Source: Azolla caroliniana
Taxonomy: Eukaryota; Plantae; Polypodiophyta
Assembly (NCBI GenBank): GCA_043228905.1
Contig: JBHGNT010000016.1
Span: 6,138,001-6,202,000 of the forward strand
Length of the DNA: 64,000 bases
Direction: 5' to 3'
Under the pieces are notes generated by a model, which was given only the letters and a program-made list of their open reading frames with translations, ran no database searches and was not told where the DNA came from. The position numbers were made by a program, and so were the translations under genes. Shown one piece after another: positions 36,068 through 49,200 of the stretch. The first letter of the stretch is position 1, and each line of letters begins with the position of its first letter.

Positions 36068-38679
36068 CTAGATTGGCCGCCACACAGATGGGTATTTATC
36101 GTCAGTATTGTGTCTCAACATTAGCATACGCCTCGCACATTGAACTCTAGGTACAAGTGAAATGTTGCCAGGGACATATGTGTGTGCAACAACCATGGTT
36201 CTGAATCGTACACGAATCCAGACGTGGGTCAACACCCGTTTGGTATATATATCTACATGCATTGGTTGTCGTCAAGATGATACCCATTTGGATTGTGGTT
36301 GATCCAAGAAGCATGAAGTTGTAGTCCATGTGATCTCCCCGTCTCTAATGTGTACATCAAATACTAGGTATGAGCTAGATGTTATCAAGGGTCTATGTGC
36401 ATACATGCAATGTCTTCATCATGCATAATGTTGAATGCCCTTTGACAAACATAACATACTAAGCTTATATTTCACTATTGCGTCCTTCTCGTTTTAGTGG
36501 ATTCTCTCAACCTATGATATTATCTACCTCTTCTAACTAGTATTGTAGACAAAACTACATTCACTTAGAAATGTGGTCATAACCATTGTTGTTTGGGCCT
36601 CAAGAAATCTCCTAGTTTTTGACCTTTTGAAACCAATTTGAACTCCTTTGAAATGGCACGAGTCATGAGTGATACCTTCATGTTAAACCCTTTTAAGCAT
36701 GGGATTTTGCATTATTTTGCGCACTCAATATTATATATGTTTTCCATGTGTAAATCCTTTTATTATGACCATTTAAGTAATTTCAATTGTTTGTAATGAA
36801 GATGACAAACTTTTCTTGCCCAACTTTTCTCATGCATCCATCACACATGTTTGGAGTAATCATAAACAATTGAATGCATTGGAATTGTTTGTGTTGAGTT
36901 GTTATGAAAAGCTCATGGATTGTATAATGTGGGGTTTTTTGTTATCCAAATACAAACTTTATCATATATGCATTCTTGAGAAAATGCATGTTAACCAATG
37001 CAAATGCATAACATAAATTTGAAGTTCACGCATTGGAGTAAAAACATCAATTTTGACGTGTGATCAATTGAACAATGGGAATTTGAAAGTTTTGCATTAT
37101 TATGAATGCCTTGTACACATTGAAATTTTGTTGTGCTTCCTTCTTGTGATAATATGATATTTTACTAATGATACGTGGCGTCCCAAATTTAGCGATTGAG
37201 CTATTATTGTCTTCCTCTCAAATATCAATATATTCTACATGCTAATTTATAGTTGAGATACTCATAGTCGATCCCTTGCTCTAAAGCTTATTTTATACAC
37301 ACCTTTTGCATGTTTGGTGAAAACATAAGAGATTTTAGATGGGATCATGTTTTTCATCATCAAGGACAAAAATGATATTAAATTGGGGGATGATTTGCGT
37401 GTCACATCTTAAGATTGGTGTGGGCTTTCGACACCTCCATGAGGTGGAAGGAGCATGTATGCACATGGCTTACAAGAGGAACCAAATGTTGGCTCATGCC
37501 AGGTGTTAGCATGGGAATTAAAACAATTGTAAGGCTTGCATGATAGGGTGGTTAATGTCGCACGTCCCATCGATTCTTCAAAAGCAAAACTCAAGAATCA
37601 ACATGTATAGAATATATGTATTTCGTTACTGTCTATACATATAACACATTGCAGAATTGAACAATAATAAAAATGTACGACAAGCCGATCATTTGGTCAA
37701 GACTCAACATCTCCACATTTCAAGTTTTTGAAAAAATAACAGTTTCTTCATTAGTTGAATTCATTTCATTTCAAGTTTGTATCTTGGCACAAAGTGCTAG
37801 ATATTCCACAATTGTAACATGTGAATACGATATTTGCTTTACTAATATCTATAAAGAGTTTACTCAACTAAATAGCAATGTGCTAACTTTTGTCCATCAA
37901 TTGGATATCATTTTGTAAATGTGAAATTGCTTAAGCCTAGATAAAAACTGTTGCAGAGACTTTACTCCATTGAATTGTAATATGCACACTTTCGGCCATG
38001 AGTCGGAAACAAATACAACAATTTTCTCTACTTTCCCAATTTTATTTAAGGAATTTCCTTTCTTAAATATTTTACCGCGCACACTTTTTATATTTAATGT
38101 TTTCGGATACGTGAAATTAAGACTACATAACACAAGATGTTTTAATCTCGCTCATTCTTATGCTATGCATGTATGGAAAATTGATGTTGGATATGACCTC
38201 AAATTTATTCACAATAAGTGGCTCATTATGTGGGTATAATAATAAGAAGGTTAAGACGCATAATGGAATGTTATGGATGTAGTCTAAGGAGATTTGGCTG
38301 ACCTTGGTGCATACACAAAAAGGAGAATATGTTGCTATCAAGGGTGATTCAAATGTAGTCTTTTGAAAGCAATCAGTTTTTAAGAAGAGATGGGAAAGGA
38401 TGAATGTATTATGCATGGTTAATGGTTGTATAAGTTGGAGGTATCAACCACCTCTCTGGGTATTTCCTCCACCGACATGAGGCATGTGGCCATGTATAAC
38501 TGTTCTTGGTAATGCTTTGGGAGATATGTATGTATGTCTATGGTAGTCTAAGAGTAGTCGAAAAGGTAAAAATCTATGCTGAAGTAGAATGGGAATCACT
38601 TTAGACATAATATAAACCATGGTTGGAAAAAGAAGAAGAAGAAAAAGATTAAGATGCATAATTCTCTAAGCGTTTGCTA

Positions 38680-39355
38680 ACTCTAGTGGTAATTACCTTT
38701 ACCCTAGTGGTAAGTTGTTTATATTATTATCAAGCAACCCCGTCTTCTTACCTCTCTCTATATGATTTGAATTTACTATATGCCATTTGTGGAATGTAGG
38801 GGTTGAACCCATGACCACCCGGTCTTCATCAAGCAACCAACTAAGCTAGACAGAGAGTCTCTCTCTCTCTTTATATTGTAATTAGGTTACCCCAGTGGTA
38901 AATTATTACACTATTAATATTATGTCTTTGTTCTTGGGTTCGAAACCCAATTTCTCACCTCTCTATTACTCCATATATATCTCTCAAATTTACTAGATGC
39001 CACTTGTAGAATGTAGGGGTTGAACCCATGACCTACCAACTGGTCTCCATTGGGCAACCTTACCAACTGAGTCTCTCTCTCTCTGTCACACACACACACA
39101 CACACACATACACACTCACTCACTCTTTGCCTGTTTCTCTCTCTCTCTCTCACACACAGAGTGTCTGTCTCTTTTTTTTCATCGTAATTAGTTTACCCTA
39201 GTGGTAAGTCGATAACACTACAAACACCGTGTCTTGGGTTCGAAACCCAATTTCCTCACCTCTCTATTATATACTTCATCTCAATTTCACTAGATGCCAC
39301 TGTGGAATGTAGGGGTTGAACCCATGACCACCATTGGGCAACCTTACTGAGCTAT
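38680..39355. repeat. Three tandem copies of the two-headed tRNA-like repeat, separated by (TC)n/(CA)n
   Basis: Units at about 38690-38850, 38875-39071 and 39181-39352. Each has the CCxAGTGGTAA A-box (GGGTTCGAAACCC B-box in the last two) and GTAGGGGTTGAACCCATGACC. Confidence 0.8.
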
Positions 39356-39379
39356 GTCTCTCTCTCTCACACACACACA

Positions 39380-39410
<31 letters not shown>

Positions 39411-39529
39411 TCTCTCTCTCTCACACACACACACACACTCTCTCTCTCTCTCTTTCTCTTTCACACACATACACACACACTTTCTCTCTCTCTCTCTCAT
39501 TTGTACATACTTTAGGCCTCCCCTGTTCC

Positions 39530-39825
39530 TTCTTCCATTCTTCTTGTTCTGTCTCTTTCATTCTTTCCTGTCGCTATCCGCCTCCATTGTTCTCCCTTTC
39601 TCATCAGGTCTCTGTCTAATTTTGTTTTCTCGGTTTGCTTCTTTTTAATCCATTTACTTCTTCCATCTATGTATGTTCTTCCATTCTTCTTGTTCTGTCT
39701 CTTTCATTCTTTCCTGTCGCTATCCGCCTCCATCCCCTGTTCTCCCTTTCTCATCAGGTCTCTGTCTAATTTTGTTTTCTCGGTTTGCTTCTTTTTAATC
39801 CATTTACTTCTTCCATCTATGTATG
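39530..39825. repeat. About 146-bp tandem duplication in the upstream region of the BBR-like gene
   Basis: TTCTTCCATTCTTCTTGTTCTGTC...CCATCTATGTATG occurs twice, nearly identical. Confidence 0.85.
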
Positions 39826-39835
39826 TATATGTTTG

Positions 39836-39878
<43 letters not shown>

Positions 39879-40068
39879 CTCATGTAACTAATAAAAGAGA
39901 GAGAGGAAAAAAAACCGCAGTTTTTTCATGTCAGGAAGGGTAGATAGATTGCTTAATTGATTTTTCTGTTTCCTGCTCATCTCTCATTATGGATTTATAA
40001 TGGTATAGGTTTTCAGTGAAGCTCTTGGGGGGGGGGGGGGGTTCGAGAATCATCCTTCCTACAGCTCC

Positions 40069-42401
40069 ATGGCAGATAATGAGCCTCTTGATGAATCCAA
40101 AGTAGGGAGATCCTCCTCAAGAAAACCTTTTACAAGCTTGAGTCAAGTTGATGCCGACCTCGCCCTTGCGCGGGCTCTTCAACAACAGGTGAATTCCTCT
40201 TTCCTTCTTTTAATTCATCAAAATGCAAACAGGATCACATTATTGCTAGTGCCTTTATGAGCTCCCATTGTAATGAATCTTTCTTTTGTTTCGGACGCAT
40301 GAAACAGTAGTACTCCCATTGTAAGGAATCTTTCTTTTGTTTCGGACACATGAAACAGTAGTACCCATGGTGTTGGACGCCTCCTCTGCTTCCCAATAAC
40401 ATATGTTATCAATACTTATCAGCAGCCATACACGATTTGATGCTTATGCAATATTCAATCAATCAGAACATATCTGCATTCATTTAGGATCTTGTCTTCT
40501 CAATTATTAGCTCTTGCTGAAGCTCTATAAAGATGAAAATTTGCAGGTCTCATCTGTCCATGACTCTTTTCTAACGCGATTCTTAGTTTCGTGCGTGATT
40601 CATTCCTGATGTTCTATAATGTATGCTTTTACTTATGAATGAATTGTGGTTCAGCCCATCCGAGTGAATGTGCCGGCTCTTGTTGTTTCACCTTTTTATT
40701 CATTGAAATTTACTTGTGCGGAAGTCTACATAACCTTTCATGTAGTTATGTATAGAGAACTGAATATGCATATAAGGCATGACTGTTTATACATGCCATG
40801 TTTCATATATAAAGAATGTAAGAATGGGTTTGTTTCAGGAAGAGGCATACTCATATCTACAAATGGGTATTGATGGGAGTGAATGTGATACATCCGGCAG
40901 TGGCATTGTGGATTACGAGTATATGATTAACGAGGCAGTGAATCATCAATCACTTGCACAAGAGTGTAGCGAGGATGAAGATGCTGAGGAGGAGCAAGTA
41001 GAGGGGTCACACTATGAAAACGATGAGGCATTTGCCCGAGCTTTGCAAGACGCAGAACAACGAGATGCAACTACTTACATGATGGGACTTATCGGTGTCG
41101 AGGGATGTATGTGCTTTTGTCATGTGCATAGATTGATATTGGGTGTATACTGAAAAAATGAATGACCGTGTAATAATAGCTCAAAACCCTCAAAGGTTCA
41201 TTCAAATTTTGAAGAGAAAATTTCAAATATACTCCCTCATAATTTGAGCAATATGACTATGTACACCTTGTCAAAAAGTAATGCAGTTTATCAGTTTTAT
41301 GTGAATAAAGCTATTAAAGCCAAAACCATCTAATAGCAAAGCTGATCAATGCTGATTGCGAATTTTTAATTGTTAAAATGAGCACTTAATTATATGCATA
41401 AACTATTTCAATGTTATTACTAGAATATTTCTCAAAGTATGCGAATGCTTTTAATATTACCCTAATATTAATCAGTTATCTTATTCGTTGTCTATTTGTT
41501 ATTTCGAATCATACTTTTCTCTTGACTGATAGTCTGTGTGTTATTTGTGCCCATTTCATGACCTGTAGCTGATGGAGAAGAAGCTGAAGATAGCTATGGG
41601 ACTCAGGTGCATTTTGACTATATATCTATGTATTATGCCTTGAAATCTTAATCGGGTTTCAGAATATTTCCTTACATGATGAGTTTTTTTCTATTTTACT
41701 CATCCAGGAAGTTTGGGATGTGGATCCAGACAACATGTTTTATGAGGTGAAGCAACAAAAGAAAATGGAAGTTTACGTTATTAGAATATACTTTGTTGAG
41801 AATAAACATCAGGAAATTTGATTGTAGAAGTTTTTTGTAAATTTGGGCGTTCACTATAGGAATTAGTGGCTCTAGGAGAAGCAGTTGGAACACATAGCAA
41901 AGGTCTGGAACCGGATGTTATTGCAGCTTTGCCCTTCTCTAAGTTTGTGAGCTTGAGCACGAGCTCAGAAGATCTGTAAGTTTATTTGGGCATATTTCTT
42001 TTTCTCCTGTTTATTTGAAATATGTGTCAATATATTTAAACATGGTCTCATATATTCATTGTAATCTTATTTGTTATGACCATATGCACATGCACAATAT
42101 GATCATATCTATCTCTATATATGCCTGAATAGGTGCACGATTTGCCGCTCTGAGTATGAAGATGAAGATCCATTGTCAACATTGCCATGCAAACATCATT
42201 ACCATACAGATTGTATTAAGAACTGGCTTGAAATCAATAAGGTCAGTGCTTCACCAAAAATTTTGAATTTTCCTTAGGAAAGTGGTCCTGCTGCTTATGT
42301 TTGTGATTGTCCTTTTCACTTTGAGGTTGAGATGCACCATTGAAATTGCTGATGTGGAATGGCAGGTTTGTCCAATATGTGGCACTGAAGTAAAATCATG
42401 A
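40069..42401 (+). CDS. BBR: E3 ubiquitin ligase BIG BROTHER-RELATED-like (RING-H2)
   Basis: GT-AG exons 40069-40188, 40839-41106, 41569-41606, 41708-41746, 41860-41975, 42133-42241 and 42366-42401 join in frame. Motifs FTSLSQVDADLALARALQQQE, DEAFARALQDAE, VDPDNMFYEELVALGEAVGT; RING-H2 CTIC...[25 protein letters not shown]. Confidence 0.92.
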
Positions 42402-44338
42402 ATGCTAAAAGAGGCAAACATTACTAGTGAAAATTTACCAATTATAATGAGTCTGTTGGATGTTTGCCACCTCTTTCAAGCTGTATATAGGAAATTTGTA
42501 GTTGTGTATACATTCGCAGGAGTGAATGTATAGAATGGATTGGTTGCATTCCATTATTTATTTATTTTTTCTTTAAACGGATGCTATTGGACAATTGTTC
42601 TTTTGTTCAGGTAAGAATATGTGTTTGGTAATGGTGTGTTTTAATGGGTTGTTAGTTGTGACTTGTATAGGGGGGTATATATATATGTATAGCATCAGAA
42701 GGATAATCTTATGAATGATAGTATAAGATACTTACAATTCCTAAATAACACATGGTGGATGGATATGATACAATTCCTTTGTCCTTTATTTTTTATCATA
42801 AATCTTGAACATCGTCTATTGCATGACTCAAAAAGCATAAAGAGCAATGCTATCTGATAAAAGTACCTCAACTTTGTGAGAACAAAACTGTTGACTTTAT
42901 TTATGTATAAGGTGTACGAGTGAAAATGATTCTAGTTCGAATCAAGCATGAGTATTTTGCTCATAGTGATTGGCTTTTTGGTCATACAATCACCAGATCA
43001 TTGATATAAATGCTTGCCATATCCAATCTGCACAAGGACACATTGCTCTTGTCAAACTTCATTATGGCCACGTTCCATCACACCAACCAACCTTGTGTAC
43101 AATGTTTAGTCACCACCACTTAATACATACATATTAGTTATATGTTCATGCTTGTAAACCATCTCCAAAATCATTCAACCACATGCACTATTAATATCAT
43201 GATCATGAAGCTTTAGGGCTTTATGAAACCTAGAGTTTTTATTAATGTTTTAATAGTGATGGCATGAATTCACCCACATTAGAAATCATGATTTGTCTCA
43301 TAGGCCCATTTTGGCCTATAATATGACTTTCTTTCTTTATCTAAAGTAGCAACATTCAAAAGAAACTAGTAACAATATGACGAGAACTGAATTTTATTGG
43401 TTGGATTTGCTAATCACTACTTGGATAATTGCTAAGAGGGGAAGATGAAATAAACATTAAATTTGGAGAGGAAATGAGGTGTTAATGCAATAACTTCCAA
43501 TTTGTGTTTAATTGATAAGACTTAATTGGATTTTGTAGCTCATATTTAGACATTGTGTGGTGACACACTTGCTAATATTGTGCCACAAAAACTTTAATGA
43601 GTAAACAACAATCTTCAAATAGACATCACCCACCAATGCAGAATGCATTTAGAACAAACCAACTAACATATATGAATGCATGTATGTTACCTTCATAACT
43701 CATAGCCAATCCATATGTACAACTCACAATTCCATTACATAAAAAATGATTCATTACACATGCTTTAAAGTGTTTTTGAAATATATAGATGTATTCATAA
43801 GTCTTCTAATAGTTGTAGAGTAGCTAATGGTTGTGAAGATGAACCATGTGAGGCTTTCATTGGGTGATTGGATGCATGTCCACACAGTGTCCCTTATTGG
43901 GACCAAAGTTTTTGACATTAGTAATTCTAGACTTACGAGATGATGGAAATATAACTTGATCAGCCTCCCAATGGGTACTAGGTGAGGTGGATGATGTCGA
44001 ACTCTAAGTTGGGAACAAAATCACTTGCCACACTAAACTAGTTTAAAACCTTTAAATGGGTAGGCTACAACCACAAGAGAGTGAGATAGTATTTTTGAAG
44101 AGGAAAATGACAAATAGGAACAAAGGAAATGATTTTCGTGTGATGTGTGCAGTAAGTGTAGTGATTGCGCATCCATATTATAGATGAGGGAGGAATGTGT
44201 GTAGGGATTGGTCATGCCAAGAAATGTTTGCAAATCAAGTTTTGATTATGACATTTAGAATCACAAGTATAGTGTGCATAATGGTAGAGATATGGATAGA
44301 TGTATGAGAATACATACATACATACATACATATATATC

Positions 44339-44383
<45 letters not shown>

Positions 44384-44532
44384 ATGCATAAATTTTACCT
44401 ACGTATGTATAAAGATTTTCAAGGTTCAAGGGAGACCAATTCTGATCTATCAAATGAGGCCTAGCTAATGGTGAAAATCAAACTTTGATGATATAGTGTA
44501 AACCACCAAGCACAATGAGAGAGAGAAAGAGA

Positions 44533-44690
44533 GACCAGAAGGTCATGGGTTCAACCCCTACATTTCACAATAACATCTAGTAATTTAAGCGGTATAGAGA
44601 GATACAAAGAGGTGAGAGAATTGGATTTCAAACCAAATACGTAATGTTGAATAGTTTAAAAACTTACCACTAGTGTAAGCTAATAATAAA
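44533..44690 (-). repeat. Inverted copy of the two-headed tRNA-like repeat
   Basis: GGTCATGGGTTCAACCCCTACATT...AATTGGATTTCAAACC...CTTACCACTAGTGTAAGCTAAT is the reverse complement of the 5.4-kb and 39-kb unit. Confidence 0.75.
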
Positions 44691-44699
44691 AGAGAGAAA

Positions 44700-45500
44700 A
44701 AGATTGAAATAAGATTTTATTATTGTTTTCTGAGGTCCAATATGACCTATAAGACCAAAAATATTACATTTCACGTAATGCATGTGAAAGTGAGTAGCGA
44801 AGATGTGTAGAAAGCATAGTCGAATGTAATAAAAGGTAGAGCATTGTATCAAAGTGTGAGACTCTTGAACTTGTTTCGGTCAAAGTGTGCATTGTTGACT
44901 ACTGTCATCACTTGTGCCCAATGACCAATCTCATATCGCATTGCGCGTGTAATGAAGAATATGGTTTTGTAGTTAGGTGCAACATATGTAGTATAATGTC
45001 TAAAATTTGTGCTTCCACAAATTTTCCCCTGTCATGATACATTGGCTTGCATCCAACCAGAACACAAAAATTTGCTTTTATGTGCCTTCCATGGCCGGGT
45101 ATGGCGTTTGTTTCTTGACTTGGAGAAACTTTGTAAAAAAATTCTCATGGACATTGTCAAACTCTCCCCAAGTAAATTTAGGGATACTACCTCCCCATAC
45201 TTCCACCCCATAGAGAAGAACTGATGATACCAAAGTGTTGAAAAGGTATTTCTTGAGGATCCAATACTTTGGTTCTCCATGATTGCATGTGTCTCAAATA
45301 CATAATATGCTCTCTTTCTTGCCTCTAAGTGGGGTGTAACAAATTCATTCTATTTATGATTTGACGGAACTTCAAGGCCAATGTATTTGAAGTTTCCCAC
45401 ACATTCAAGTTGCTCATTATTGTATGTAATGTATGAATTATCTTTTTTTTTTGGGCTTTTCATAAGCATAATCTTTGTTTTAGAGTTGTTGACACTTAAT
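44700..45500 (-). mobile_element. Internally deleted RTEX-like LINE 3' fragment
   Basis: Reverse complement resembles 9300-9400 and 20200-21200 (FKYIGLEVPS, YGVEVWG, HKSKFLCSGWMQ) and ends in the 3' hairpin at 44733-44756. Confidence 0.75.
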
Positions 45501-46024
45501 ATAGAGATAAAGAAAGAAAAAAAGAAAAATTAACGTCTTCTAAGACCAAATTTGGCAAATGAGACAAAATGGGATAATTTGTTCCCAATCATCGAAAAAA
45601 AAAAAAACATAGATAAAAGTGTTATAGTGTTGTACAAATTGTGTTATGGTGTAACATATTTTGTAAAGGAAAATGCTATATACTATGCTTGGTTTCATTT
45701 CCATCCAAGTCTCTCATAAAGGAGGGGGAGGTCAAAGGGTTTTGATGTGGGTGTGGCTTGTGGTCCCAATGTGAAGAGTAATCCATGTTCCCTTATTTTT
45801 CTTAATTGCTTCAACACAACGAGTGACTTTGAGGCTCGACATCAGAGGGCATTTGGTAGTTTTTTGGTTTTCTACTTCATCAAAGGAGAGGCTGAGTGAT
45901 GCAAGTTTGTCCACGCTCATCGCCCCTCCTATCCCTGAAAAATTTCATTGGTTACATGCTGGTGAATATTAGAAAGGTTATGGCCAACATTTTGTAGCTT
46001 ATATCTCTCCATGTTGTTTTAGCT

Positions 46025-46210
46025 CTAAGATATATATATACCTAGTGTCTTTATATATGGGGTATCTAATGGTTTGGAGAAGGTGGGAGGGGGTCCTAAT
46101 ATGTTGTGGTATTTTGCCCTTATCTTGACGTAAGTTGGACACTTACATGTAAAGTGATACTCATCCTCTATCTCTACGTGACATAATCTACATATCCTTT
46201 CATTTATGAG
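46025..46210 (-). mobile_element. RTEX-like LINE 3' fragment, split by the Copia insertion; other part at 51742-52040
   Basis: ERICRLCHVEIEDEYHFTCKCPTY. LRVVIGQLRVSHHQLKVE lies on the far side of the Copia element. Confidence 0.75.
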
Positions 46211-49200
46211 TGTCGAATACAAATGTATAATGGACGTATTCACACTATCCTCTTAGAGAGCCCAAGTTCGGGCTATTTCTGTAAATAACATAAAGGGCAG
46301 TTGCCCTATATGAGTCACTATATAAAGTGACTTTGTAACCTTTTGTAAGGTTGATTGTTCATTGTTGTAACGGTTACCCCTTTATGAATATAGATATATG
46401 CTTTGTCTCTCTCTCTCTCTCTCTCTCTCCCTGTACGTAATTTGTTCTTGCCTCTCTCATACGCATGTATTTCTTCCTCACAGATTCATACTATGTGATC
46501 TCTTCCGCACTGACGGCTTTGTTCATTTCCTACATTTGGTATCAGAGCTTGGATGTCCTTCATCCCGCTGCCGGCCGCCATTCGAATCTTTGAAACAGAG
46601 AAGAGAGAAGAAGAAGAAAAACGAGGCTTGCATCTCATCGCGTTAGATCATCTTCGCTTGGAGTAAGCCAGCCGGCTATACTCTGTTCCTTGTGATCGTA
46701 ACCGCTCGAGGTGAAATCCCCTTGTGCAACATTGACACGATCGTGCTCCACTCGGTTAAACGGCATCCGAACAGGTCATCGAACGCTGCTCGCCGCCCGT
46801 TGTAACCACTCGGTGCAGATCGGTCTCAAGACAACAACCCCAATTCGTGCTTCATCCGGTTGATTGACATTCGGGAGGATCAATTGGATCCGTCTCTCTC
46901 GTCGCTGCAGTCACTCGAAGCAGAATCGGTCCAGACAATCGGTTTCAATAATCGGTATTTGGCATATATATTCGGAAGCGAGCCGGGCTCACTCCGACTC
47001 GGCAACATTCGGGAAGACCAGTCGGTTCTGTCCCTCAAGTTACCGAAGTCAATCCGAGCAAGTTCAACAATACATATATCCGAAGCCGAACCGACTCAGG
47101 TTCAAATCCGACTAGAACGATATCGGGTGAGCCGACCGGCTGCACTCCAACAAGGTTCGCAGTCAACTTTGAACCGAGCTTCGTCAACCGAAACCGAATC
47201 TGATGGCATCAACATCCGGCTCATCGGAAATGAGTCTAAGGAGGTTCGACGGTTCGAACTTCAATTTTTGGAAGGAGCAAATGCAGGACTATCTTATAGT
47301 CAAGGGTCAGATCGATCCGATTGAGAATGAAACTGCTCCAGAAATATACAAGGCAAATGAGTGGCAGAAGCTGGACAAAATCGTCTGCGCCACGATTCGG
47401 ATGCACCTGTCGGAGTCAGTGTACTTCCCAGTGCAATCGTGCACGACAGCCTTCAAACTTTGGAAGAAGCTGTCGGAAACCTATGAAAAGAAGGTCGCCT
47501 CAACGAAGATGTATTTGATCCGGCGCCTCTACAACTTGCGGATGAAAGATTCCGATTCGGTTCAGGCACACCTTAACGAGTACGAAAGTTTGAGCTCCCA
47601 AATCTCGTCATAGGGGACGACAATCGAGGATGAACTCAGAGCAATGATACTCATGAGCAGTCTCCCCTCCTCTTGGGAAACCTTCGTTACAACTGTGTGC
47701 AACGCTTCTACGACTGCCATCAAGTACTCCGAAGTCACAAGTGCAATCCTGACTGAAGCAGCTCGGAGAAAGTCTTTCACCAAAGACTGGCAGAAGAAGC
47801 CTATGTAGTACAAGGTTCGACCGACCGATCGAACAACCGGGGAAGAAGCTCTTCCCAACCGCCGACAAATCAGTGAAGCCGCAACAAGTCCCGGGAAACC
47901 CGAATCAGCAACTACTGCAAGAAACCGGGACACATCAAGGCCGACTGTCGGGTACTCAAGTCAAGGACAAACAAAGCTCAGAGAGCTGATCAGAGGAGTA
48001 ACCGGCATGAGGAAGTCAACTACGTCGGCTCTTCAGCCAAGATATTGACGACCGACCCGAACATATTGTCCATAGAGAATCCAGTCGAATCAGAAGTTAT
48101 GCTTACGACTGAGGAATCAAGCACATGGCTTCTGGACTCGGGCGCGTCGTATCATGTGACACCTCACCGATCACAGTTTCGGCAATATTCGGACCGACAC
48201 TCCGACTCAGTTCGGGTCGGAAATTCGCAACACTGTGCTATCATCAGAATCGGCACCGTAGAGCTCAACCTTCCGGGTGGCTCCACACTCGTACTACACA
48301 ACGTCCGACACGTTCCTGAGCTCTCATGACCCTTGATCTCAGTCGGACAACTTGATGAAGCTAGCATCCGTATTGGTTTCTCATCAGGAGGGTGGACACT
48401 CCACAGAGGGAACCTCCTGCTTGCTAGAGGACCAAAGGTACACTCATTGTACCCTTTGTATGTCACACTCAGAGAGGGTGACTTATTTCTGGTAGATATC
48501 CCAGTGTCATCCTTATGGCATGGACAACTTGGACACCTCAGTAAGGCCGGCATCACGCACCTATCCAGAGCCGGATACATCCCGAAACTCTCCTTCTCGA
48601 ACCATCAGTTTTGCGAGCATTGCCAGTACGGCAAACAGGTAGCCGCATCACACCCGACATCAGCACCAAGAGAGTCGAGCCCGCTCGATTTGGTCCACTC
48701 AGACGTCTGTGGCCCGATGCCACATCAGTCACTCGGTGGTGCCTCGTACTTCGTCAGTTTCATTGACGACTCGACTCGGAAGGTGTGGGCTTACCCCATC
48801 AGAACCAAAGATTGGGTGTTCTCGATCTTCTCAGATTGGCTCGCAATTGTCGAAAACCAGACCGGTCGGAAACTGAAGTGTCTCTGAACCGACAATGGAG
48901 GTGAGTTCAAATATGATGAATTCGTCAAATTTTGCCGAGAACGCGACATTAGATGTGAATATACGACACCATATAGTCCGGAGCAGAACGGAATCGCAGA
49001 ACGCATGAATCAGACGATTCAAGAACGCGTTGTATCCATGCTCCAACACTCCAGACTGTCGGATGGCTTCTAGGCAGAGGCTCTACTCACGGCAGTACAC
49101 ATAATCAATATGTCGCTAAGTAGACCTCTAGGACTTACGATACCTCAGGAAATATGGACCGACAGAAAGCCGAATTATGATAAGCTGAGGATTTTCGGTT

